Origin: a virus
Taxonomy: Duplodnaviria; Caudoviricetes
DNA: 37,640 bases
Direction: 5' to 3' (one strand)
Virus record (IMG/VR): IMGVR_UViG_3300049165_000077
Coordinates: 1-37,640 of that record
This document shows positions 27,932 through 35,113 of this stretch, piece by piece. How positions within the stretch are numbered: the stretch's first letter is position 1; each line of letters opens with the position of its first letter. Under the pieces are notes generated by a model. The model saw only the letters and a list, made by a program, of their open reading frames with translations. It was not told where the DNA came from and searched no databases. The translations under genes and the position numbers were made by a program.

Positions 27932-28059
27932 TCCGTCGCTTGCTGAACCGTCTCCGCCGCCGCTCGAAGCAGCCGGCCACGTTCGAGGAGTGGCGGGCTT
28001 GGCAGGAGCGGGAGTTCCGCGAGAGGCTCCGCAGATACCACCAGGAGCCGCTGCCGTGA
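27928..28059 (+). CDS. small basic hypothetical protein (43 aa)
   Basis: ATGA overlap; MIRRLLNRLRRRSKQPATFEEWRAWQERE... Confidence 0.5.
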   Translation: MIRRLLNRLRRRSKQPATFEEWRAWQEREFRERLRRYHQEPLP

Positions 28060-28262
28060 ACGCCGCCGAGGAAACCCAGATGGTGCACGCCGCGGACGGC
28101 GAGGGGTGGTGCGGATTCCATCTCCGCCATTACGGACTGCACATTCCGGCAGGTAAGTGCGCGCCTTTCTTGCTGGCGACTACGGTCCTCCGTGCCCGCC
28201 GGCAGGCGCAGGCGAAACAGATTCGAGTCTCGTACGCCCGGCCGCCGTCACGGTCCTCGTAG
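28056..28262 (+). CDS. small hypothetical protein with His/Cys motif
   Basis: GTGA overlap, AGGAG RBS; H.ADGEGWCGFH...C. Confidence 0.5.
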   Translation: MNAAEETQMVHAADGEGWCGFHLRHYGLHIPAGKCAPFLLATTVLRARRQAQAKQIRVSYARPPSRSS

Positions 28263-28403
28263 CGGCCCCACAGACCGGGGACCACGTCTCCCGATGAGGG
28301 CGGAGTGATACCGCCCGACCGGGCCGCCGCGTCAGCGCGGCGGCCCGCCCCCCGCCCCGCGTGGTGGACGAGCCCCCAGGCTCGTGCGGGGCCGGGACAT
28401 CGC

Positions 28404-28589
28404 CTAGCGGGACGTGTCGTCCTCGTCAGGCTCGGCATCCTCCTCATCGAGGTACCGCTCGAGGGCGAGCATCACCAGGCCACTGGTCGGCATCCTGCGC
28501 TCACGTGCGTACGCCTCGGCGCGCCGCCACAGTTCGAGGTCGTCCGCCCTGACATAGATCGATACCTGTCTGCCAACTGATTCGCTCAC
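28404..28589 (-). CDS. ribbon-helix-helix DNA-binding protein
   Basis: QVSIYV (beta) DDLELWRRAEAYARE (helix) PTSGLVMLALERYL (helix). Confidence 0.75.
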   Translation of the reverse strand: MSESVGRQVSIYVRADDLELWRRAEAYARERRMPTSGLVMLALERYLDEEDAEPDEDDTSR

Positions 28590-28803
28590 CCCACAGACGA
28601 TGAAGTCTGTATAGGCCTGTACAGGTCTGTGGAGATGAGATATCGTCCGCTGCTGCTCTAGTCTCCCGGCGTGCGCGCGCGTCGGGGTGTCCCGCCAGCG
28701 TGCGGGACAACAGCGGCCCGGGCCCCCACGGACCCGGGCCGCGCTTTGGCTTGACTGCCTCCCCGACTGGGTGGATGATGATGAAGGACTGACCCCCAAC
28801 GCT

Positions 28804-28837
28804 GAGGCCGCCACCTGATACAGGTGGCGGCCTCTTT
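28804..28837 (+). terminator. intrinsic terminator left of attP
   Basis: Perfect 14-bp stem gaggccgccacctg/caggtggcggcctc plus TTT. Confidence 0.8.
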
Positions 28838-28941
28838 GCTGCCCGGGGGGATTCCCCCACTATTCCCCCACCACCGTCCATTGTGCGATCAGATGACGGC
28901 ACTGATCTGGCACGGAGCCGCATGATTCCTTAAGGAAGTCA

Positions 28942-28965
28942 GGGTTCGAATCCCACCCGGGCTAC
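28942..28965 (+). mobile_element. attP: attP core = 3' end of a host tRNA (probably tRNA-Leu)
   Basis: GGGTTCGAATCCCACCCGGGCTAC is a T-arm plus acceptor 3' strand plus discriminator A; no 5' tRNA half; adjacent to the integrase stop. Confidence 0.8.
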
Positions 28966-28973
28966 ATTTCCCG

Positions 28974-29019
28974 CCCCAGGTCACAGTGCCGAATCGGCTT
29001 CGACCTGGGGTTTCTCTTT
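28974..29019 (+). terminator. terminator supplied to the reconstituted host tRNA
   Basis: ccccaggtc...gacctgggg stem plus tttctcttt, overlapping the integrase 3' end. Confidence 0.6.
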
Positions 29020-30183
29020 GCCTTCTGCATCGTCATCGGTCGATGTAGGCCGTTGTGCGCCGTCCTGTTCCCCCACTATTCCCCCACCGATTCCCCCAAG
29101 ATCGATGCCCGACACGAACCCTTCGACGGCAGCCGCGGTGTCGTCCTCGACCTCAGGTAGCAGCCCTCCGTACACATCGGAGGTGACCTGGATCGAGGAG
29201 TGACCCAGCCTGCGCTGCACCACCGTCAGGGGCCGGCCGATGGAGATGAGATGCGCGGCATGGGTGTGCCGGAGGTCGTGGATGCGCACACCCTCGTACG
29301 GCGTGCCAGCTAGGGCCTTCTGCCAGACCTCCCTGAAGTAGTCGTAGAAGATCGGCCCACCCCGAGGCGCGGTGAAGACGTACGCCCCCTGGTCGATCGA
29401 GACACGCTCGGCGAGCATCGCCACGAGCGACGGCGGGACCCCGATGGTCCTGCGCGACGCCTTCGTCTTGAGCGGCACATCCACGTAGGCACCGTTCTGG
29501 TAGGACAGCTGCGACTCGAACCGCACCCTCGCCCCCAGGACATCCACGCAACGCTGCTTCACCCCAAGTGCTTCGGAGACGCGGCACCCAGTGGCCGCGA
29601 TGAAGAACGCCACCGGCCGCCACTGCGCCGGGATCTTGCCGAGGACTTCACCGAGCTCGGCCTGGGAGAGGTAGCGCTGCTGCGGTGGCTCCCACTTCGG
29701 GAGTTTCGAGTGACCGCAGGGGTTGGCCCGGATGACCCTCTCGGCTACGGCCGCGTCCAGGCACATATAGAGGTAGGCGTGCGTGTTCTTGATGGACTTC
29801 GGCCCCACCGGGTCGTAGTCGGCGTCGTCTGGTTCGGCGAGCTGGTCGATCCACCAGCGGACCACCGACGCATCGAGGTCTCGGACCGCCAAGTGACCGA
29901 GGCGGCCGACGACGTGCCGGGTGAACCTCGAGCGTTCGGACTTCTTCGAGCGCTCGGACCCGAGCGTGCGCTCATGCGCCTCCCACCAGGGCTCCGCCCA
30001 TTCCCTGAAAAGCATCTTGTCGGCACCGTGCTTGACGGGCCCGTGGTCGGCCTGCTCGATCTCCAAGCGCTTCTTGCGCTCGCGGGCCATGGTCTTGGTT
30101 GGGATGCCGGATTCGACGGTGACTTTCTTGCCGGCTACGAGGTCTCTGATGCGGTACTTGCTCTTATGTTGCTCGATCCACAC
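28981..30183 (-). CDS. int: tyrosine integrase
   Basis: TGCRVSE, LKT, HDLRHTHA, LGHSSIQVTSDVY catalytic R-K-H-R-H-Y set. Confidence 0.96.
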   Translation of the reverse strand: MWIEQHKSKYRIRDLVAGKKVTVESGIPTKTMARERKKRLEIEQADHGPVKHGADKMLFREWAEPWWEAHERTLGSERSKKSERSRFTRHVVGRLGHLAVRDLDASVVRWWIDQLAEPDDADYDPVGPKSIKNTHAYLYMCLDAAVAERVIRANPCGHSKLPKWEPPQQRYLSQAELGEVLGKIPAQWRPVAFFIAATGCRVSEALGVKQRCVDVLGARVRFESQLSYQNGAYVDVPLKTKASRRTIGVPPSLVAMLAERVSIDQGAYVFTAPRGGPIFYDYFREVWQKALAGTPYEGVRIHDLRHTHAAHLISIGRPLTVVQRRLGHSSIQVTSDVYGGLLPEVEDDTAAAVEGFVSGIDLGGIGGGIVGEQDGAQRPTSTDDDAEGKEKPQVEADSAL

Positions 30184-30258
30184 GGTGGATCCTCTCGAGG
30201 GGACCGCGGGTAGGGCAGTGGCCCCGGGCTGGTCCCCACGAGCCCGGGGCCACTGGGT

Positions 30259-30870
30259 TTAGGACACCGGCCTGGGGCCGAGTCGCTGGCTGGGGATGGC
30301 GGCGTCGTCGATGATGAGTTTGCGCAGGTGCGCGAGCTCCTTGTTGGTGGCTTCGAGCGCCTTGTTGGTGTCTTGGAGCTGGCCTTCCATGGTTTCGAGG
30401 CGCTTGTGGAGGGCCTGGACGGATCGGCAGTGCTTGCCGACGAGCGCGAGCAGTTCTTCGTGGCGTTCGGTGGCGAGTGCTGCGGCTTCGCGTGCCCGCT
30501 GATCGGTAAGCGCGAGGAGTTCCTCGTGCTGTTCGAGAGCGAGCGTGAGCAGTTCCTCGTGCCGCTGGCTGGCGAGGACGGCGGCTTCGGCGGCCCGCTG
30601 GTCGGCCGCCTCGTTGCGCTTCGCGAAACGGGCTTCGACGAACCTCACCACGCACCACAGCCAGAACGTGAGGCTGACGCTGCATAGTAGGCCGGACATC
30701 CAGAGGAGGACGCCTTGGTGTTCGTGGTTGACGATGGGTGCGAGCAGGTGCCACCACACGAGGAGCATGCCGAGGGTGATCGGGATGGCTCCGATGATGA
30801 AGTGGCTGAGGCTGTGGGGCGGTTTGACCGCTTGAGTTCTGGCGGTCGGGTGTGGGTCAAGTTCGGACAT
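30259..30870 (-). CDS. 2-TM plus coiled-coil membrane protein in the lysogeny module
   Basis: Two hydrophobic helices, then 3x HEELL repeats and a coiled coil; between repressor and int. Confidence 0.75.
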   Translation of the reverse strand: MSELDPHPTARTQAVKPPHSLSHFIIGAIPITLGMLLVWWHLLAPIVNHEHQGVLLWMSGLLCSVSLTFWLWCVVRFVEARFAKRNEAADQRAAEAAVLASQRHEELLTLALEQHEELLALTDQRAREAAALATERHEELLALVGKHCRSVQALHKRLETMEGQLQDTNKALEATNKELAHLRKLIIDDAAIPSQRLGPRPVS

Positions 30871-31068
30871 GTTGGTCCCCCGTGAGTGCGTGGTCGGCTA
30901 GGGGCCGCACAGTGTGCCGGATCACTAAGAACGGTAAGTGTCAGGTTACCGACACTGTGTGTAGTTCGAAACCGACCGTTCAGCCGAGGGTGTCCACCAT
31001 CTGAACAAGACGGGCTTGACGTCCGACCGTCTATCGAGTACGACAGTGCGCGGTACTCAAAGGGTGTC

Positions 31069-31548
31069 CTAGCTGGCCCGATGGCGTTTCAGTGCCGCGT
31101 CAGCAGCCCTGATCGCATCCTCGGTTGACCGTTTCTCCGCCATCAGCCGCACGAGCTGGATCTCAAGCTCCTGACGCTCCTCCGCCTTGATGCCGGGTCG
31201 ATCGATTGCGATCCGGAGGAGTCTGATGCGGCGGTCGATCTCGGATTCAGGCTGCGGTTCGGTCTTGGGCTGGCGTTCGGCGGGGCGACCCCATCCGAGG
31301 ATGCCGTAGGGGATCGCAGGGTCCAGTCCGAGACTCTCGCAGAACTCGTCGAGCTTCTGTGGGCGCGGCATGTTCCCCGGACGGCTGATCTTCTTCCATC
31401 GGTACCAGCTCGCCCGATCGATGGAGGAGCGCTCGATGGTCTCTTCTGTGCTCCAGCCATAGAGTCGCTTCTTCTCCCTGGCGACGCTCGTGAGCCACGC
31501 GGCCATGGCTGCCTCGCGCTGCTCCAAGGTGTCGTGCGGTTGCGACAT
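31069..31548 (-). CDS. immunity repressor (Xre-like HTH)
   Basis: GWSTEETIERSSIDRASWYRW...PRPQKLDEFCESLGL HTH; divergent from the early genes; TACGAT -10 six nt before ATG. Confidence 0.8.
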   Translation of the reverse strand: MSQPHDTLEQREAAMAAWLTSVAREKKRLYGWSTEETIERSSIDRASWYRWKKISRPGNMPRPQKLDEFCESLGLDPAIPYGILGWGRPAERQPKTEPQPESEIDRRIRLLRIAIDRPGIKAEERQELEIQLVRLMAEKRSTEDAIRAADAALKRHRAS

Positions 31549-31858
31549 GCCGTCATCGTATCTGGCGGCGGCATGCCTAACCTCGTATTGGGTTCGCTTG
31601 TCGCGAGGTTGCAACGGGGTCTGGGGGGTCGGTCGCAGGCGTGCGCCTGCCCGGGAGAGGACGCGCTCGGTCCGCAGGGAGACTCGGGGTGTCATGACCA
31701 CATCATATGTCGCATCGCTGCGACATGCTAGTACTTCTGGACAGTCGAACCTGTCCAAAAATTTACAGTCGCATGGTTGCGACTTTCCGGGATGCAGGCG
31801 TAGAGTCAGTCGCATGGTTGAGACTGTAGATATCAGAGATAGTCGCACAGGTGCGACT
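31530..31858. promoter_or_regulatory. six palindromic operators WGTCGCA-N4-TGCGACW and divergent promoters
   Basis: Copies at 31530, 31599, 31708, 31767, 31808 and 31841; rightward promoter TTGCGA-18-TAGAGT-7-ATG. Confidence 0.85.
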
Positions 31859-32086
31859 GTCCGGTGCTACTACGTCCTGGACGCCGTAGTCCTGACCGGG
31901 TACTCCCGCAAAACCCTCGAACGGCACGTCGCCAAGGGAACGCTCACCCGGCTCTACCACCGAGGCCACACGGTCCACCCGGTCGCCGAGATCGAGCAGA
32001 TCCGTGAACTCAGAGACGGCGACCGCCCAGGAGGCGCCCCACCGCCCCCGAAGCCTCGCCCCAACCCCCGAGGCGGTGCCCGATGA
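31814..32086 (+). CDS. Cro-like / HTH DNA-binding protein
   Basis: DAVVLTGYSRKTLERHVAKGTL HTH; first rightward gene; start codon lies inside an operator. Confidence 0.7.
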   Translation: MVETVDIRDSRTGATVRCYYVLDAVVLTGYSRKTLERHVAKGTLTRLYHRGHTVHPVAEIEQIRELRDGDRPGGAPPPPKPRPNPRGGAR

Positions 32087-32328
32087 AATCTGAACCCGTC
32101 ACCACCTACCCCGAGGGCCTGCTGGACATCCCGGCCGCCGCCGAGTGGCTGAACGTCCCCGAAAACTGGCTCCGGAAGAAGGTCACCGCCGGAGAAGTCA
32201 CCTGCACCCGCCTCGGTAAGCACGTCCGGTTCTCCGCCGACCATCTCGCGCAGATCATCGCCGACGGTGAACAGCAGGTCTGGCGGTACGAGCAGCCCGC
32301 GCGATCCCGACTCCGCGCGGTCAGCTGA
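32083..32328 (+). CDS. xis: excisionase (HTH_17-like)
   Basis: LLDIPAAAEWLNVPENWLRKKV...TRLGKHVRFSADHL. Confidence 0.8.
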   Translation: MKSEPVTTYPEGLLDIPAAAEWLNVPENWLRKKVTAGEVTCTRLGKHVRFSADHLAQIIADGEQQVWRYEQPARSRLRAVS

Positions 32329-32566
32329 CACCGACTCCCGGTCCGCGTTTCTGAGGGGTGGCGCGGCCGGGCGGGTTGAGCGACTCACCTTGCTCCCCAC
32401 CGGGGCCGCCCTCAACGGGCAACGGGGGCGGCCCCACATAGACCACCGCCGGGAGGCGGAGGACAACCGAATAGTCCACACGCCATGGAGGGCCTGGGAC
32501 ACACCTCAATGAGCTGTATAGCGCGCCCGGTTCATCCACGGGGGAACCGAACCGGGCGGCACACAT

Positions 32567-32638
32567 AGCGGCGTAGCGCAGAGGCAGCGCGTCCGGGCCA
32601 TAACCGGAAGGTCGAAGGTTCGAACCCTTCCGCCGCAA
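32567..32638 (+). tRNA. tRNA-Met(CAT), initiator-like, atypical anticodon loop
   Basis: Cloverleaf: acceptor aGCGGCG/CGCCGCa, D-stem GCGC/GCGC, anticodon arm TCCGG-GCCATAA-CCGGA, variable AGGTC, T-arm GAAGG-TTCGAAC-CCTTC; no encoded CCA. Confidence 0.8.
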
Positions 32639-32707
32639 CGACAAGGACCGCCAGCCGCGGACACGGCTGACGGTCGAAACGAGGCAAGACCTGAAGGAGA
32701 TGCCCCG

Positions 32708-33190
32708 ATGAAACAGAAGACTACCGAGACCGCCGAGGTGCGGCAAGGGTGGCGTGAGGACGGTCGCGTCGACATCGACGCCGTCCGCGCCGGCACCCCG
32801 GACCTGGCGGACGCCGCCGGGATCCTGGAGTCGCTCTGCGACGAGGTCGAGGCCTTGCGTGCACAGGCCGCGCCTGTCGAGGATGAGAAGACCAAGCTCG
32901 TCCGCTACCTCCGAGAGTTCGCTGACGAGGTGGAAGCCGGGCGGGTCCCGGTTGACCCTAAGCCGAACGCGAGCCTCTACTACTTCGTCCGCTCCGATGA
33001 CTTCGGCGGCCACGACGGAGCCATGGCGGAGGTCGAACGGATCGCCTCCGAACTCGGGGCGACGGTCTCTCACCGCCCCCACGCGGGCAAGGTCCAGCAC
33101 ACCGCTTACCGGGCCTGGGGCGACCAGTACGCGACACGGGTGGAATACCCCGCCACCTACTTCGAGCAGGTCGAAGGGGGCGAGCTCTGA
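32708..33190 (+). CDS. hypothetical early protein
   Basis: AAGGAG RBS; first gene of a coupled run. Confidence 0.7.
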   Translation: MKQKTTETAEVRQGWREDGRVDIDAVRAGTPDLADAAGILESLCDEVEALRAQAAPVEDEKTKLVRYLREFADEVEAGRVPVDPKPNASLYYFVRSDDFGGHDGAMAEVERIASELGATVSHRPHAGKVQHTAYRAWGDQYATRVEYPATYFEQVEGGEL

Positions 33191-33414
33191 TGGTTTCCCT
33201 GCTCCCGCACCTGCACGAGGTCGAGTCCCCGCAGCCGAAGGCGTGCACGTCGGACTCCTACTACTGGGTGGTCACCGATGGCGGCGCGCAGCGTGCCGTG
33301 TGCGGCCCGCACTTGCACCTGATGCTGGGCCAGTTCCTGATCGAGCACCCGCACATCGCCGGCGAGGACCCTTTGCCGGGCACCACCTGCGAGTACCTGG
33401 AGGTGTCGCGGTGA
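33190..33414 (+). CDS. hypothetical protein (Cys/His)
   Basis: TGATG coupling. Confidence 0.6.
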   Translation: MVSLLPHLHEVESPQPKACTSDSYYWVVTDGGAQRAVCGPHLHLMLGQFLIEHPHIAGEDPLPGTTCEYLEVSR

Positions 33415-33710
33415 TCCCTGAGTTCTCATTCCAGGATCTGCGTGACCTGGTGGACGCTGCTGAGCGGCACGCGCAGGCGTGGAGCACCCGCGAGACCGTC
33501 ACGCCTGAGGCCGAGTCGGACGCGTACCAGCACCTCGCTCACGCCGTGGGCGCGCTGGAGCGGCTGTCTTCAGCCGTGGATGCCTTGCTGGGGCCGCTGG
33601 CGTCGGAGCAGGTGGCGCACCAGACCGACAACGCCGACTTGCTGAGCGAGTTCTTCGCTGAGGTCGTGGGTGACCGCGAGTACGGGTTCGACCCGGACGG
33701 GGGTGCGTGA
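33411..33710 (+). CDS. hypothetical protein
   Basis: GTGA overlap, GGAGG RBS. Confidence 0.6.
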   Translation: MIPEFSFQDLRDLVDAAERHAQAWSTRETVTPEAESDAYQHLAHAVGALERLSSAVDALLGPLASEQVAHQTDNADLLSEFFAEVVGDREYGFDPDGGA

Positions 33711-33877
33711 TGACCCCGTTGATGGCCTTGGCCCTGTTCTGGGTGTCTGTGGTGGTCGCGGTTGCGGCGACGGTGGTGGTGATGGCCGCTGTGGACGTGT
33801 GGGGTCCGTCGGACGACCGTTCCGAGTCGCTGCGGTTCGTGCCGGAGCACCGCGCCAGTGGGCGGTGGGTCCGATGA
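33710..33877 (+). CDS. small TM protein (55 aa)
   Basis: TGATG coupling; MTPLMALALFWVSVVVAVAATVVVMAAVDVW... Confidence 0.55.
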   Translation: MTPLMALALFWVSVVVAVAATVVVMAAVDVWGPSDDRSESLRFVPEHRASGRWVR

Positions 33878-34119
33878 CCCGTCTCGCCGTTGCTGCTGTC
33901 GCGCTGCTGGTGATCGCCCAGATCGCTGTTTATTCGCCGCGGGCGCTCCCGTCGATGATCCTGGCCGCCGTGGTGGTTGCCGCCGTGGTCGTGGTCGAGG
34001 AGGGCCGGGTCAGCTCGGCCCGTTCTGGTGAGAAGTCCGCGAAGAAGCGGGTCTGCCACCACGGGGGGACTTCGTTCCAGCCCTTCGATGGCGACGAGAA
34101 GTCGAGGGGGCGGTCGTGA
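33874..34119 (+). CDS. small 2-TM protein
   Basis: ATGA coupling; MTRLAVAAVALLVIAQIAV...MILAAVVVAAVVVV. Confidence 0.55.
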   Translation: MTRLAVAAVALLVIAQIAVYSPRALPSMILAAVVVAAVVVVEEGRVSSARSGEKSAKKRVCHHGGTSFQPFDGDEKSRGRS

Positions 34120-34232
34120 TGTGGCTGGTCTTCATCGTCTGTTTCTTTCTCACCGCGTTCGTCGGTATCGCTGCCGCTGCCTTGCGGGGCATGGGTTACG
34201 CGGTCGGCCCGGAGGACGGTGAGGAGCTGTGA
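34119..34232 (+). CDS. small TM peptide (37 aa)
   Basis: TGATG coupling; MWLVFIVCFFLTAFVGIAAAALRGMGY... Confidence 0.55.
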   Translation: MWLVFIVCFFLTAFVGIAAAALRGMGYAVGPEDGEEL

Positions 34233-34477
34233 GCCTCTGGAGCTTCTTCCGCCAGCAAGAACCCGATGATGAGCCGTTCGTGTTCGACACGGCTGACGAA
34301 GCCGATCCGATTGCGGCGCATTTCCGTTCGGCGCATGACGTGCTGATCGGGCTGTTGCCTCCGGCCCCGCTCCGCCCTCCTGCGTCCCGTCTGTGGCGGG
34401 AGATCGAAGCGGACCTGGCGATGGACCCGGAGTTCATGCGGCCGGTCCTGGATGTCCTCCGGGGACACCTGACTTAA
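34229..34477 (+). CDS. hypothetical protein
   Basis: GTGA coupling, GAGGAG RBS. Confidence 0.6.
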   Translation: MSLWSFFRQQEPDDEPFVFDTADEADPIAAHFRSAHDVLIGLLPPAPLRPPASRLWREIEADLAMDPEFMRPVLDVLRGHLT

Positions 34478-34536
34478 CCACTCGGCGGGGTGCGCGTTGG
34501 CTGGCGCCGCACCCCGCCACCACTTAGGAGAACGAC

Positions 34537-34647
34537 ATGAAATGCCCCGAATGCCAAGAGACGGTCGACTGCTTCGGATGCCGCGCCTGCTTCGACTGCG
34601 GCGACCAGTGCGTGTGCGACCTCTACGACTACGACGAGAACGAATGA
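34537..34647 (+). CDS. Cys-rich micro-protein (36 aa)
   Basis: AGGAG RBS; MKCPECQETVDCFGCRACFDCGDQCVCDLYDYDENE. Confidence 0.6.
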   Translation: MKCPECQETVDCFGCRACFDCGDQCVCDLYDYDENE

Positions 34648-34763
34648 CCGGCCCGAAGCGCACCCGCCGGGGTGCCCGAGGCCGCCGCCGAGGCAAAGGC
34701 CCCACACCACCACCACCGCCACCCGAACCGCCCACCGACACCCAGGAAGAGGACCAGACATGA
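34644..34763 (+). CDS. small Arg/Pro-rich peptide
   Basis: ATGA overlaps on both sides. Confidence 0.4.
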   Translation: MTGPKRTRRGARGRRRGKGPTPPPPPPEPPTDTQEEDQT

Positions 34764-35113
34764 GCACCGATGTTCTGCCGGTGTCGGTCCTGCTGTTCCG
34801 GGCCCGCCGCGACCTCGACAACGCGCGCATCGCCCAGCAGCAAGCCGAGGACGCACAGCACGTCGCCGAGGAGCAGGCTCGCCGCGCGGAGGAGCGAGCC
34901 ACCCGCGCCGACGAACAAGCGGACGGCTGGCGAATGTTCGCCGTCGCACTCACCGGCGAGTACATCGTCGACACCCGCATCACCGGAGCCAGCACCCACC
35001 TCGTCGAGACAGTCACCGACAGCCTCTACCAGGAATGGACGGTCGGCCGTCCCGCGATCGACGACCTGTCACTGAGTGAGGTCGTGTTCGGCTCCGAGGA
35101 GGAACGGTCATGA
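34760..35113 (+). CDS. coiled-coil hypothetical protein
   Basis: GAGG RBS; coupled to the exonuclease gene. Confidence 0.65.
   Translation: MSTDVLPVSVLLFRARRDLDNARIAQQQAEDAQHVAEEQARRAEERATRADEQADGWRMFAVALTGEYIVDTRITGASTHLVETVTDSLYQEWTVGRPAIDDLSLSEVVFGSEEERS

Larger units (their letters stand above)
28851..29099. repeat. integrase arm-type sites flanking the attP core
   Basis: (A/G)TTCCCCCA(C/A) at 28851, 28862, 29067, 29078 and 29090; the 21-mer ttcccccactattcccccacc is exact on both arms. Confidence 0.75.

Noticed and set aside
28930-28970. A second tRNA gene
   Set aside because: Only the T-arm and 3' acceptor strand are present; no D or anticodon arm upstream, so it is an att core
31016-31044. 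Antisense promoter TTGACG-17-TACGAC facing the repressor 3' end
   Set aside because: The -10 lacks the conserved final T and there is no other support
28942-31548. Integration-dependent immunity switch (attP inside the repressor gene)
   Set aside because: The core is intergenic, ~2 kb from the repressor; int stops before the core and a separate Xis is present
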